Assembly: GCA_963737155.1 (NCBI GenBank)
Contig: CAVTRN010000001.1
Coordinates: forward strand, 1,344,001 to 1,408,000
DNA length: 64,000 nt
Direction of reading: 5' to 3'
Origin: Nitrospirota bacterium
GTDB taxonomy: Bacteria; Nitrospirota; UBA9217
This document shows positions 9,936 through 23,002 of the stretch, one piece after another. A program made the position numbers and the translations under genes. The number at the start of each line of letters is the position of its first letter. Position 1 is the stretch's first letter. Below the pieces are notes generated by a model, which saw nothing but the letters and a program-made list of their open reading frames with translations, was not told where the DNA came from and ran no database searches.

Positions 9936-12740
9936 TTACAGGATTTTTTGCAGGAATTGCCCAGTATACGAATCGTTTATTTTCGCCACGTCCTCCGGCG
10001 TCCCTAGGGCCACGACCTGACCTCCCCGGTCACCACCTTCAGGACCTAGGTCGATGATCCAGTCCGCGGTTTTGATTACGTCGAGGTTGTGTTCGATCAC
10101 CACGACCGTGTTTCCGGCGTCGACGAGCTGGTTTAGCATGTCGAGCAGTTTCTGCGTGTCGGCGAAGTGGAGCCCCGTAGTGGGTTCGTCGAGGATGTAC
10201 AATGTGCGGCCCGTGGAGCGGCGCGACAGTTCCTTGGAAAGCTTTACTCGCTGGGATTCGCCGCCCGACAGCGTGGTGGCCGACTGGCCCAGAGTGATGT
10301 ATCCTAGGCCTACGTCCATTAGGGTCTGGAGCTTGGATTTGATCGGAGGGACATTCTGGAAAAACTCGTAGGCCTGCTCTACGGTCATATTGAGCACTTC
10401 GGCGACATTTTTTCCCTTGTAGCGGATGTCGAGGGTTTCGCGGTTGTAGCGGCTGCCGTGGCATACATCGCAGGTCACATAGACGTCGGGCAGGAAGTGC
10501 ATCTCAATCTTGATCAGACCGTCTCCTTCACAGGCCTCGCACCTTCCGCCTTTCACATTGAAACTGTATCGTCCGGGTTTGTATCCGCGCATGCGCGATT
10601 CCGGAAGCTGCGCAAATAGGTCCCGTGTGGGGCTGAAAACGCCGGTGTAGGTGGCGGGATTCGAACGCGGTGTCCTGCCGATGGGTGACTGGTCGATGTC
10701 GATGACTTTGTCGATGTGTTCCAGGCCTTTGATGTCCTTGTGCCTGCCTGAGCGCTCCGTGGAGCGATATAAGCGCTGGGCAAGCGCACGGTACAGGATA
10801 TCGACAACGAGTGTGCTCTTGCCTGAGCCCGAAACGCCAGTTACGCAGGTGAGTACGCCGAGCGGGAACTGTACCGTGATGCTGTGGAGGTTGTTCTCCG
10901 ATGCGCCCACAACGCTGATGGACTTGTCGAATTTTCTTCGGTTTGCTGGCACTCTAATGAATGCTATACCGGAGAGATATTGCCCCGTGAGCGACTCCGG
11001 GATTTTCTGGACCTCCAGGGGCGTGCCCTGTGCCACGATCTCACCTCCGTGGACGCCGGCACCCGGACCCATGTCGATCACATGGTCCGCGAGCCGGATG
11101 GTTTCCTCGTCGTGTTCGACGACGAGGACGGTATTGCCCAGGTCCCGGAGCCGGAATAGCGTGTCCAGAAGCCGACGGTTGTCGCGCTGATGCAACCCGA
11201 TGCTCGGTTCATCAAGAATGTACAATACTCCTACGAGGGACGAACCGATCTGGGTGGCGAGGCGGATGCGCTGTCCCTCGCCTCCCGAGAGCGTGGCCGA
11301 TCCCCGGTCCAGAGTGAGGTAATCGAGGCCCACATGCACCATGAAACCGAGACGCTCGCGGATTTCCTTAAGGATTCGGTGGGCGATGGTGCTTTCCTTT
11401 TCCGTAAGCGTGATCCCGGAGAAGAACGCCAGTGCCTGCTTGATGCTCATTTTTGTAATATCGTGAATGTTCAGGTTCGAGACTTTGACGGCCAGAGACT
11501 CGGGACGGAGGCGGCTGCCGTTGCAATCCGGACAGGTCTGGTAACTCATATACTGCTCGAGCTCCCACTGGGTCGCAAAAGAGTCGGTATCGTCGTAGCG
11601 GCGTTTCAGAATTTCCAGGATTCCCTCGAAGGGCTTGCAGGGTGCGCCTCTACCCGCCCGTCCGTTCATTGCTTTGGATCCATCATCACCGGTGCCGTTG
11701 AACAGGAGTTTCTGCTGGGCAGCTTTCAAATCCTTAAACGGCGTGTTCACATCGAACGCACAACCCTGTGCAATTGAGTCGAGCATCTGGAAATACTGAA
11801 AGGATGTACGTTTAGCCCATGGCTTGATTGCACCTTCCCGGAGGGAGAGGTTCGGATTCGGCACGATGAGGTCCTTGTCGAATTCGAGCAGGCCGCCTAG
11901 GCCGTCGCATGTCGGGCAGGCGCCCTGCGGGCTGTTGAAGGAAAAACTGTTCGGCGCCATTTCCGGATAGCTGATGTTGTCGTATATGCAGGAGAGTTTC
12001 TCGCTATAGAGTTGGTCTTTTTTTTGGTCCACCAGGTTGATGAGCACAATGCCGTCCGCCTGCTTGAGCGCGGTCTCTATGGATTCTGCAAGTCTTCGAT
12101 CAACCCCTGGCTTGATTACGAGTCGGTCGATTACAATCTCGATATCATGCTTCTTCTTCTTGTCCATCGGGATGGGTTCGGAAAGCTCTTTGATCGCTCC
12201 GTCGATTCGCGCCCGCACGTAACCTGAGGCACCGGCTGCCATGAGTTCTTTTTTGTACTCACCCTTTCTTCCGCGAACAATGGGCGCAAGGACCTGGATT
12301 CGGGTTCCTTCAGGCAGGCCCATAACCGCATCGGTGATCTGCTGTACCGTTTGGGCTGCGATTTCCCGGCCGCATTTGTAGCAATATGGCTTTCCGATGC
12401 GCGCAAAGAGCAGGCGTAGATAATCATAAACCTCGGTCACCGTCCCGACAGTGGAACGGGGGTTCTTGCTCGTCGTTTTCTGCTCGATGGCGATGGCGGG
12501 GGACAGTCCGTCGATGGAGTCAACGTCGGGCTTGTCCATCTGGCCGAGGAATTGCCGGGCATAGGCTGAAAGGCTTTCTACGTACCTGCGCTGTCCCTCA
12601 GCGTAGATTGTGTCAAAGGCAAGGGATGACTTGCCGGAGCCAGATAAACCAGTGATTACCACGAGCTTGTCACGCGGGATTTCGAGATCGATATTTTTCA
12701 AGTTGTGCTGACGGCAGCCTTTGATGATGATTTTGTTCAT
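9936..12740 (-). CDS. uvrA: Excinuclease ABC subunit A
   Basis: Two Walker A motifs ([16 protein letters not shown]), zinc fingers, LSGGE signatures. Confidence 0.99.
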   Translation of the reverse strand: MNKIIIKGCRQHNLKNIDLEIPRDKLVVITGLSGSGKSSLAFDTIYAEGQRRYVESLSAYARQFLGQMDKPDVDSIDGLSPAIAIEQKTTSKNPRSTVGTVTEVYDYLRLLFARIGKPYCYKCGREIAAQTVQQITDAVMGLPEGTRIQVLAPIVRGRKGEYKKELMAAGASGYVRARIDGAIKELSEPIPMDKKKKHDIEIVIDRLVIKPGVDRRLAESIETALKQADGIVLINLVDQKKDQLYSEKLSCIYDNISYPEMAPNSFSFNSPQGACPTCDGLGGLLEFDKDLIVPNPNLSLREGAIKPWAKRTSFQYFQMLDSIAQGCAFDVNTPFKDLKAAQQKLLFNGTGDDGSKAMNGRAGRGAPCKPFEGILEILKRRYDDTDSFATQWELEQYMSYQTCPDCNGSRLRPESLAVKVSNLNIHDITKMSIKQALAFFSGITLTEKESTIAHRILKEIRERLGFMVHVGLDYLTLDRGSATLSGGEGQRIRLATQIGSSLVGVLYILDEPSIGLHQRDNRRLLDTLFRLRDLGNTVLVVEHDEETIRLADHVIDMGPGAGVHGGEIVAQGTPLEVQKIPESLTGQYLSGIAFIRVPANRRKFDKSISVVGASENNLHSITVQFPLGVLTCVTGVSGSGKSTLVVDILYRALAQRLYRSTERSGRHKDIKGLEHIDKVIDIDQSPIGRTPRSNPATYTGVFSPTRDLFAQLPESRMRGYKPGRYSFNVKGGRCEACEGDGLIKIEMHFLPDVYVTCDVCHGSRYNRETLDIRYKGKNVAEVLNMTVEQAYEFFQNVPPIKSKLQTLMDVGLGYITLGQSATTLSGGESQRVKLSKELSRRSTGRTLYILDEPTTGLHFADTQKLLDMLNQLVDAGNTVVVIEHNLDVIKTADWIIDLGPEGGDRGGQVVALGTPEDVAKINDSYTGQFLQKIL

Positions 12741-13289
12741 GGATTTCCCGGGAATAGCGAGTAGCAAGGTAAAGAGCGAATTATTATATTACCACCCCGT
12801 GGGAAGGGAGTAAAGGATTTTATACCTGCTGACCGTGATTCCGTTCTCCTTTCCCGGATTTGTGCAACACAGAAAATCCTTCAGCCACTGAGATAGATGA
12901 CAGAAAACCTAGTAGGGAACTGTAAAAGCGCGAAGCAAGTACGTCCAAACAATTTTCTTCTCTTATCTCTGTGTTCTCAGTGAAAAAACGTTGCCTTCCT
13001 GCTGAGAAAAGTGTGAGTCTTCAATAGCAAGGGATGCCCGGCAGCGGACAGCCTGTGAGAAGGGATGTGAACCTCACCTCATGAATTGTCAACTTGCCAG
13101 GGAAACGGGAATCGGACGGTCGTGCGTCTCCAACCTTGCAGTACTCCCTATCGGTTGTAGTAGTGGGGTGACTATAGTAAGCATTTTTTGCGGGGACTCC
13201 AGAATCTCTGACATTGCAAGGCATTTTCTCGTCCTTTTTTCTATAATCAAAAACCTAGTCCTCATTTATATTATTTATGCGCAAAATTC

Positions 13290-13318
13290 TTGACAATGGT
13301 TTTTCATTGTGTTAACTT
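13290..13318 (+). promoter_or_regulatory. Putative sigma70 promoter of the atp operon
   Basis: TTGACA-17 bp-TAACTT with TG extension, about 60 bp before atpF'. Confidence 0.5.
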
Positions 13319-13378
13319 TTTTCCACTTTTATAACAGCAGACAAGCGTTTCTCTTTTCCCGAGAGGCAATACCACATT

Positions 13379-13804
13379 ATGATCGATATCAACGTATCAC
13401 TTCTGATACAGCTTGCCAACTTCATCATTTTAATCATACTCCTGAACTTTATTCTTTTTAAGCCGATCCGGCAGATTATGCAAGAACGCGAGCAGGGCAT
13501 CAGCTCGGCATTCGGCGATGCAAGGATCGCCCAGGAGCGTATGCAAAAACTGCTCGACCAATACAACGCTTCGCTGGCCGAGGCCAAGCAAAAGTCCACG
13601 ACAACCTACAATGCGATCTACCAGCATGGGCTTGATGCACAGCGCGATTTGATTTCCGCAGAACGCGCCAAGGCAGGCGAAGCGCTTGACAAGGCCCGCG
13701 CCGAGATTGCAGCTGCATCAGAAGCTGCGCGAACCGACCTCAAAAAAGAGGCGGAGCGGCTCTCGCAGGATATAACCTCCAAGCTGCTTGGAAGGGCGGT
13801 GTAA
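13379..13804 (+). CDS. atpF: ATP synthase F0 subunit b'
   Basis: N-terminal TM (QLANFIILIILLNFILFKPI) plus coiled coil; first gene of the atp cluster. Confidence 0.9.
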   Translation: MIDINVSLLIQLANFIILIILLNFILFKPIRQIMQEREQGISSAFGDARIAQERMQKLLDQYNASLAEAKQKSTTTYNAIYQHGLDAQRDLISAERAKAGEALDKARAEIAAASEAARTDLKKEAERLSQDITSKLLGRAV

Positions 13805-13818
13805 AGGTGAGGGGTTCC

Positions 13819-14394
13819 ATGATGAAGAAGATCACGCTGCTGTTCCTTTGCCTGGCTGGAATCTTTCAGGCAGCTTGGGCTATCGCCGATGAAGCAGGAG
13901 GCAACGAAGTAATGACGTTTACCGGTGACTGGCTGCCGAGGCTTGTGAATTTCGGCATTATTGCGGCCGTTGTCATATACTTTATGAGAAAACCGGTCCG
14001 CGATTTCTTTACGAACCGGACTGTAGAGATAGCCAAGGCTATACAGGATGCGAAGGAGACGCGGGAGCGCGCTGTCGCGGCGCTCGCGGACATGGAGCGT
14101 AAGATAAAGGATCTGGAAGTAGAAACAAACCGGATGGTCTCCGAAGCTCAAACCCGCGGTGAAAAAGACAGGCAAGCGCTCATTGAGGAAGGCGAAAAAG
14201 TCGCTCAGGACGTGCAGAACCAAGTGAAGCTTGGCGTTGAAATCGAGGTTCAGAAGGCCAAGACCGCACTGGCCGTAGAAGCCGCTCTTCTGTCCCTCGA
14301 TCTCGCGGAGAACCGCATCAAGGAAAAAATCGGCATTCAGGACCAAGAGCGCATTGTGAAGGAGTATATTTCCAAGGTTGGAGGCAAAGCATGA
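13819..14394 (+). CDS. atpF: ATP synthase F0 subunit b
   Basis: RLVNFGIIAAVVIYFMRKPV TM plus coiled coil; precedes delta. Confidence 0.9.
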   Translation: MMKKITLLFLCLAGIFQAAWAIADEAGGNEVMTFTGDWLPRLVNFGIIAAVVIYFMRKPVRDFFTNRTVEIAKAIQDAKETRERAVAALADMERKIKDLEVETNRMVSEAQTRGEKDRQALIEEGEKVAQDVQNQVKLGVEIEVQKAKTALAVEAALLSLDLAENRIKEKIGIQDQERIVKEYISKVGGKA

Positions 14395-14927
14395 TCGGGA
14401 CCGTTGCGAAAAGATATGCCAGGGCCCTTGTGGAGCTTGCCGATTCTAAGAACACCGTCGATAAGACGAAAGCGGATTTCGCGGCATTTGTAGCCGCGGT
14501 TGAGGCAGTGCCCGCAATGCAGAAGCTCTTTTCCAGCCCCGTGTTTACCCCCGAGAACAAAAAAGCGGTTATTAAGGAGCTGTCCGCCAAACTTAACATG
14601 CAGCCGTTGAGTCAGCGTTTTGTCGAGCATCTGGCTGAAACAGGCAGAATCAGGTACATCAACGACGTCCATGAAGCTTTTCTGTCCATTCTGTCGGAAA
14701 AGCAGAATCGAGCTGCCGTACGTCTTTCTACAGCGACCACTGTCAACAGCGGCGATTTGGCGGACATCAAGAAGAAGCTGGAAGCGCTGACCGGTAAGCA
14801 AGTAGACATCGATGCAAAGGTGGATGTGTCACTCATCGGTGGAGCCAAAGCGCAGATTGGAAGCACGATCTACGACGGATCCATCAAGAACCAGCTCAGC
14901 AAGCTACGCACTCGATTGACGAATTAG
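14391..14927 (+). CDS. atpH: ATP synthase F1 subunit delta
   Basis: VAKRYARAL, DVSLIGG..IGSTIYDGSIKNQL. Confidence 0.96.
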   Translation: MIGTVAKRYARALVELADSKNTVDKTKADFAAFVAAVEAVPAMQKLFSSPVFTPENKKAVIKELSAKLNMQPLSQRFVEHLAETGRIRYINDVHEAFLSILSEKQNRAAVRLSTATTVNSGDLADIKKKLEALTGKQVDIDAKVDVSLIGGAKAQIGSTIYDGSIKNQLSKLRTRLTN

Positions 14928-14936
14928 AAAAAACTG

Positions 14937-15016
14937 CAGACGCCAGAAGTCGGAAGACAGAAATCGGGAAGCCCGGTGATGTTACTGTCCTCTGATCTCT
15001 GTCCTCTGTCATCTGA
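14937..15016. repeat. Heptamer-periodic inverted repeat in the atpH-atpA spacer
   Basis: CAGACGC CAGAAGT CGGAAGA CAGAAAT CGGGAAG ... CTGTCCT CTGATCT CTGTCCT CTGTCAT CTGA. Confidence 0.75.
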
Positions 15017-15029
15017 TCAAAGGAGTTAA

Positions 15030-16541
<1,512 letters not shown>

Positions 16542-16603
16542 TTGCCAAATTTAGACCGAACGAAAAGATGGGACCCGAAACCCGAACCTAAAGTAGGTCA
16601 TAC

Positions 16604-17470
16604 ATGCCCAGCTTAAGAGACATTAAACGAAAAATAATCAGCGTCAAGAAGACCCAGCAGATCACGAAAGCCATGAAAATGGTTGCTGCAGCAAAGCTTC
16701 GCCGCGCCCAGGACCGAGTGATCGCAGCGCGTCCCTACTCGCGCAAGATGCTTGCTGTGATCGCAAACCTTGCGGGCCGGGTCGAACGGGCGCAGCACGT
16801 GCTACTTGCCAAACGGGAACCCAAGCGGGTGAAGTTGCTAGTTCTCACCTCGGACCGGGGTCTCTGCGGCGCATACAATACCAATATCCTGCGTAAGGCC
16901 GTCGAAACAGTCAAGCAGTTCAAGGCGGAAGGCAAGGAAGTTAAGGTCAACGTAGTGGGCAGAAAAGGCCGTGATTTCTTCCGGAAGCGTTCCGCCTTCA
17001 CGCTGGGCAAGGTCTGGTCCGAACTCGGCATGATCGACTATGACAAGGCCTCTGATGTTGGCAAAAACATTGTCGAGCGTTTTGCCGCCGGCGAAACCGA
17101 TGAAGTGTATCTTCTTTATAACGAGTTCAAGAGCGTCATGCAGCAGAAAGTGATGCTTGAGAAACTGCTGCCCGTGGAACCGCCTGCTGAGGCGGATCCG
17201 TTCATGGCCGCTATCGATTATCTCTATGAGCCGTCGGCAGAAGCGATTCTGAGCTCTATCCTGCCGAAACACATCGAGGTGCAGGTCTACCGGGCGATGC
17301 TAGAAAGCCAGGCGAGTGAGATGGGCGCGCGCATGACTGCCATGGATTCCGCCACCCGGAATGCCAAGGACATGATCGAGCGCCTAACATTGAAGTTCAA
17401 CAAGCAGCGCCAGGCCGCAATCACAAAGGAAATCTCCGAAATCGTCGGAGGCGCGGAAGCGCTAAAATAG
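16604..17470 (+). CDS. atpG: ATP synthase F1 subunit gamma
   Basis: ITKAMKMVAAAK, SDRGLCG, RQAAITKEISEIVGGA. Confidence 0.99.
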   Translation: MPSLRDIKRKIISVKKTQQITKAMKMVAAAKLRRAQDRVIAARPYSRKMLAVIANLAGRVERAQHVLLAKREPKRVKLLVLTSDRGLCGAYNTNILRKAVETVKQFKAEGKEVKVNVVGRKGRDFFRKRSAFTLGKVWSELGMIDYDKASDVGKNIVERFAAGETDEVYLLYNEFKSVMQQKVMLEKLLPVEPPAEADPFMAAIDYLYEPSAEAILSSILPKHIEVQVYRAMLESQASEMGARMTAMDSATRNAKDMIERLTLKFNKQRQAAITKEISEIVGGAEALK

Positions 17471-17476
17471 GAATTT

Positions 17477-19009
<1,533 letters not shown>

Positions 19010-19076
19010 CTGTTAACGAGAGCGTCAACTCGGGTCATAATAAACGAAATTGAGCGCTGAGGATTGGAAAAAGAAC

Positions 19077-19505
19077 ATGGTCGCTGAAAAAGGGAAAATG
19101 CTCCTAGAGATCGTTGCGCCAAGCCGTCAGGTATTGCGGTCGGAGCGCGTGGACGAGGTGATCGCTCCGGGCAGCGAGGGTGAGTTCGGAGTGCTGCCCG
19201 GCCATACGCCATTTCTGACAACGCTCAAGGTCGGAATGCTTTCATACCGGGAAAACACGGAATGGCATTACCTAGCAGTGGAGTGGGGATATGCTGAGGT
19301 TGGGCCGGATCGCGTTGTCATCCTGGCTGAAGGAGCTGACCGGGCGTCGGAGATTGATATTTCTGAGGCACGGCTCGCAAAGGAGCGCGCCGAGAAGGCG
19401 CTGAGTGAAAAGCTTGACCAAAAAGACTATGAAAAAGCCCGCATCGATCTGCTCAGGGCAATGATCCGTATTCAGATTGCCGAGAAGCACGGCGGAAAGA
19501 CGTAA
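19077..19505 (+). CDS. atpC: ATP synthase F1 subunit epsilon
   Basis: PGSEGEFGVLPGHTP motif; last gene of the operon. Confidence 0.96.
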   Translation: MVAEKGKMLLEIVAPSRQVLRSERVDEVIAPGSEGEFGVLPGHTPFLTTLKVGMLSYRENTEWHYLAVEWGYAEVGPDRVVILAEGADRASEIDISEARLAKERAEKALSEKLDQKDYEKARIDLLRAMIRIQIAEKHGGKT

Positions 19506-19536
19506 TCAGTTAGTTGCCTAATCGCATTCCTTAGTC

Positions 19537-19567
19537 AGAAGGCAGCCCTCATGGAGGTCTGCCTTTT
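19537..19567 (+). terminator. atp operon terminator
   Basis: AGAAGGCAG-CCCTC-ATG-GAGG-T-CTGCCTTTT hairpin. Confidence 0.75.
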
Positions 19568-19596
19568 GTATTTAACGGGCTGCGGCGACATATTCC

Positions 19597-19633
19597 TTGA
19601 CAGCTCTGGTGACACAAATTATAATGATTCTAA
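19597..19633 (+). promoter_or_regulatory. Consensus sigma70 promoter overlapped by a Per box
   Basis: TTGACA(19597)-17-TATAAT(19620); TTATAATGATTCTAA (19619-19633) vs PerR consensus TTATAATnATTATAA, 1 mismatch. Confidence 0.8.
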
Positions 19634-19638
19634 ACAAT

Positions 19639-20055
19639 ATGGATTTTGTTCAAACAAAACAAGAGCAGAAAAAATGTGCCAGTGTTCGTTTTAAGCGGAC
19701 TCCACAGCGATTGGCTATTCTGGAGTATCTAGAGGGGAATACTTCGCACCCATCAGCGGAGGACATATTCCGGGCGGTATCGGTCAAATATCAATGCATG
19801 TCATTTGCTACCGTTTATAATACCATCCATGCGCTCACGAAGGCCGGGGTGCTGAGAGAACTTACCATCGACCCCGAAAGAAAGCGTTACGATCCCGACA
19901 CCAGTGGTCACCACCACTTAATCTGCACGTCCTGCGGCAAGATCATCGACGTCTCGGAAAAAATCCGTATTGAGTTGCCGAGTTCGATGCCGGAAGATTT
20001 TACCATCCTCGGACACCATATCGAATATTACGGACAATGCTCGGCATGCAGATAA
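19639..20055 (+). CDS. perR: Fur family regulator, PerR-like
   Basis: TPQRLAIL, HPSAEDI, ATVYNT, HHHLICTSCGKIID, C-terminal CSAC. Confidence 0.85.
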   Translation: MDFVQTKQEQKKCASVRFKRTPQRLAILEYLEGNTSHPSAEDIFRAVSVKYQCMSFATVYNTIHALTKAGVLRELTIDPERKRYDPDTSGHHHLICTSCGKIIDVSEKIRIELPSSMPEDFTILGHHIEYYGQCSACR

Positions 20056-20140
20056 AAAAAGGTGAATATAGTAATCCCGCTGGTTCGTTCCCCTGGCATA
20101 ATAATCTAATCAATGAGAATAAATTTTAGGAGGCTTCATC

Positions 20141-21397
20141 ATGCGCACAGTAGAAATTAAACCAGGGATCCACTGGGTGGGAGCTATCGACTGGGCAGTT
20201 CGGGATTTTCACGGTTACATAACTCCGAACGGGACGTCGTACAACAACTACTTGATCCTTGACCAACAGGTGACACTTGTTGATACGGTGAAGCACGATT
20301 TCAGCGAGTATACACTGGATTCAATCCGCAGTCTGGTGGACCCGGGGAAAATAAAAAACATCATCATCAATCACATTGAGAACGACCACGTGTCAAGCAT
20401 CGATCGCATCATGGAACTCACGCCCCAAGCCACGATCTATATCACTGCTCGCGGAAAGAAGGGGCTCGATCGTTTCTTTGATACCTCGCATTGGAACTTC
20501 AAGATCGTCAAAACCGGAGATACACTGAGTACGGGCGCCAAAGAAATCACTTTTCTCGAAACCCCCATGCTCCACTGGCCCGATTCAATGATGAGCTATG
20601 TGAAGGAAGACAAGCTACTTTTCAGTCAAGATGCTTTCGGGCAGCATCTCGCTTCTTCGGCGCGGTTTGACGATGAGTACTGCGATCAATTTTCCATGAT
20701 CGGACTCGAGCATGCGGTGCGAGACTACTACGCGAATATTCTCATGCCATTCGGCACGCTCGTGAAGGCGAAGCTCGTCGAGTTCAAGAAACTGGGCGTT
20801 GAAATATCAATGATCGCTCCAGATCATGGCGTGATATGGAGACAGGGGCCGGGAAAGATTCTTCAAATGTATCTCGATATGGCAAACGATAAAGCCGACC
20901 TCAGGGTCGTGCTCGTTTACGATACGATGTGGCAGAGCACGGAACACATGACGATGCCCATCATGCAAGGTATACGGTCGGCCGGCGTTGACGTGGAAGT
21001 CATGAAGCTGCGGGCCACCCCGATGAGCAGGGCGATTAAGAGGGTATGGGAATCCCGAGCTATGCTGATAGGCACTCCGACGCTGAACAACATTATGTTT
21101 CCGAGCGTTGCGGAGTTTCTCACGCATCTCCGCGGACTCAGGCCAAAGAACCGGCTGGCGGGCGCATTTGGCAGTTTCGGCTGGGGCGGCGGCGCGGTGA
21201 AGGAAGCTTACGCTGAATTCAAAAGAATGGGCCTTGAAACGGTCGAACCCGGGGTCGAAGTGATGTACCGGCCATCCGAAGAGGATAAATTGAAGTGCTT
21301 CGAATTCGGAAAGCAGTTTGCGGAAAAAACCAAAGAATATCAAAAGAAGTTCGACGGCGGTTTCGTGGAGACCTGTTTACCAAATTCCAAGCCTTAA
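20141..21397 (+). CDS. fprA: Flavodiiron protein (FprA/A-type flavoprotein)
   Basis: HIENDH, HWPDSM, DAFGQH, APDHG metallo-beta-lactamase motifs plus flavodoxin domain ([15 protein letters not shown]). Confidence 0.95.
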   Translation: MRTVEIKPGIHWVGAIDWAVRDFHGYITPNGTSYNNYLILDQQVTLVDTVKHDFSEYTLDSIRSLVDPGKIKNIIINHIENDHVSSIDRIMELTPQATIYITARGKKGLDRFFDTSHWNFKIVKTGDTLSTGAKEITFLETPMLHWPDSMMSYVKEDKLLFSQDAFGQHLASSARFDDEYCDQFSMIGLEHAVRDYYANILMPFGTLVKAKLVEFKKLGVEISMIAPDHGVIWRQGPGKILQMYLDMANDKADLRVVLVYDTMWQSTEHMTMPIMQGIRSAGVDVEVMKLRATPMSRAIKRVWESRAMLIGTPTLNNIMFPSVAEFLTHLRGLRPKNRLAGAFGSFGWGGGAVKEAYAEFKRMGLETVEPGVEVMYRPSEEDKLKCFEFGKQFAEKTKEYQKKFDGGFVETCLPNSKP

Positions 21398-21509
21398 ACT
21401 CAATCAGAAAATAATAACGATCGTTCCTTTCGGTTCCTGCGGCATATACGAGGTCGACTTTCGCAGACGGAGGGGATGTTTCTCATCGATCAAAGAGAAG
21501 GAGATAAAT

Positions 21510-21638
21510 ATGTGGAGATGCACCGTGTGCGGATATATTTACGACGATGTAAAAGAAGGAACAAAGTTCGAGAATCTTCCCGATGACTGGAGTTGCCCTG
21601 TCTGTAATGCGCCTAAAGATGCCTTTGTAAGAATTTGA
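21510..21638 (+). CDS. Rubredoxin
   Basis: [26 protein letters not shown], 42 aa, AGGAG RBS. Confidence 0.95.
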   Translation: MWRCTVCGYIYDDVKEGTKFENLPDDWSCPVCNAPKDAFVRI

Positions 21639-21664
21639 TATGCGCACAAATTACCCGGAATCGC

Positions 21665-21700
21665 AAGGCGGCAATGGCTCTGTCATTATCCGCCTTTTTT
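21665..21700 (+). terminator. Terminator of perR-fprA-rubredoxin
   Basis: AAGGCGG..CCGCC followed by T6. Confidence 0.7.
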
Positions 21701-21703
21701 ATG

Positions 21704-22193
21704 GGGTGTATGAGAAATTTAGGGGTAAATCGTGACTTTGATTTGTTTTTGCCCCATAATCTGCATAGTCATTTAGCATGCAGATTATGGGGAGGGCAGA
21801 TGCCGGAACCAATAGTGGACCTGGAGCGTAAAAAAGAGACCCTGTACGCAAAGCTTAAGTCTGTGGGAGATTTTAGGCGAGGAAGCGTATCGGGAAATTA
21901 CCGTAAGCGTGGGAAGGCAAGCTGTGTGGGCCCAAAAAGGACACCCTGGCCACGAGCCTCAATATTTATGGATAACGATGATCAAGGGGAAGAGTTATGC
22001 CAAGAGCATCGAACTGGAGCCGGAGATGCAACAGTGCGAGGAAGAGGTCGCTGGAAGCAATCAGGCATGCACTGGACCGTTGAGGGCACAGACCGTTTTT
22101 CTTAGATACAGTCTCTTTAGCAAGCGTTGAGAGAGTTTTTGGGAGCATTGGGCATGCGCTTGATTGATTTACCCATAAATTTGTCGCACAACC
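21704..22193 (+). mobile_element. Internally deleted ISKra4-family element (~490 bp)
   Basis: 28-bp imperfect terminal IRs (21704-21731 / 22166-22193); frameshifted DUF6788-like ORF from ATG 21800 (FRRGSVSGNYRK.GK..C..GHPGH.PQYLW) fused to transposase C-terminus (KQSGMHWTVEG..FWE). Confidence 0.75.
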
Positions 22194-22202
22194 TTTTTTT
22201 GT

Positions 22203-22231
22203 TTGACAGCTTCCAAGGTACCCACTATAAT
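22203..22231 (+). promoter_or_regulatory. Consensus sigma70 promoter
   Basis: TTGACA-17 bp-TATAAT perfect match. Confidence 0.7.
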
Positions 22232-22289
22232 TTATTATAATGGGTTCTGCCGTGAAACAGTGGGTGTTGCCCATGGCCGATAGTGGGTT

Positions 22290-22972
22290 ATGAGCGTAAA
22301 AGCTTGGCCGGAATATAAACGGCCTTCCGAGAGACTCATTCTGCATGGGACGGCATCGCTTTCCATGGCCAGCTCCTCGCCGCCATTATCCGCAATAGCC
22401 GCGCAGGCCAAACGGCTATAGGCCTCGGAAAAGACCTCCTAGAACAATTCGAAAATCTGTCAGGCACTGAGCGGTTTGGCAGTGTGGAGCTTTGCGCTGT
22501 TAGGGGATTTAGCCCTGTCAGGGTAACGGATATTAAAGCGACGATCGAGCTGGTTTGGCGGTATCAGAAGCCGAGCTTGGCGGGCGTGTCGTTCTGTTTC
22601 GGCAAGAATTTTGCCCTTTACTACCAGCGCAGGATTAAAAATATCAACGAGGTTATTGTTTCGATGAGTCCTGATCGATACAAAGAACAAGATCATTCAG
22701 TATGAGATTATTTCTATGGGTAGTCTCACCGCGTCAATTGTCCATCCCTGGCATACTTTCAAAGTTGCCATCGGGGAGTTGAAGCAGCGGTCATTTTCAC
22801 TCATAATCATTCGAGCGGCAACGCCAAATCCAGACAGGAGGATATTTTGCAGACCCGGCAGTTTGTTCGGGCCGGGCATGGGCTCGGGGTCTAGGTGCTC
22901 GATCATATCTTCACCGGAGGCCGATGCGTCTTTAGCTTCAGGTATAGTGGTCTGATTCAGCGCCCTTCGTAA
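22290..22972 (+). pseudogene. radC: radC (JAB-domain) pseudogene
   Basis: MSVKAWPEYKRPSERLILHG..SLS/GQLLAAIIRN..DLLEQF..; ISMGSLTASIVHP; HNHSSG..ED..*VLDHI; several frameshifts and an internal TAG. Confidence 0.85.
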
Positions 22973-23002
22973 ACCGGTGCTCTCGTGACCGCTTGACTCT
23001 TT

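Noticed and set aside
13020-13190. Possible ncRNA/riboswitch or Cys-rich ORF between uvrA and atp
   Set aside because: A closing helix can be drawn (GCAAGG..CCTTGC) but it matches no motif I recognise (6S, SRP, cobalamin, c-di-GMP), and the ORFs lack RBS and family signal
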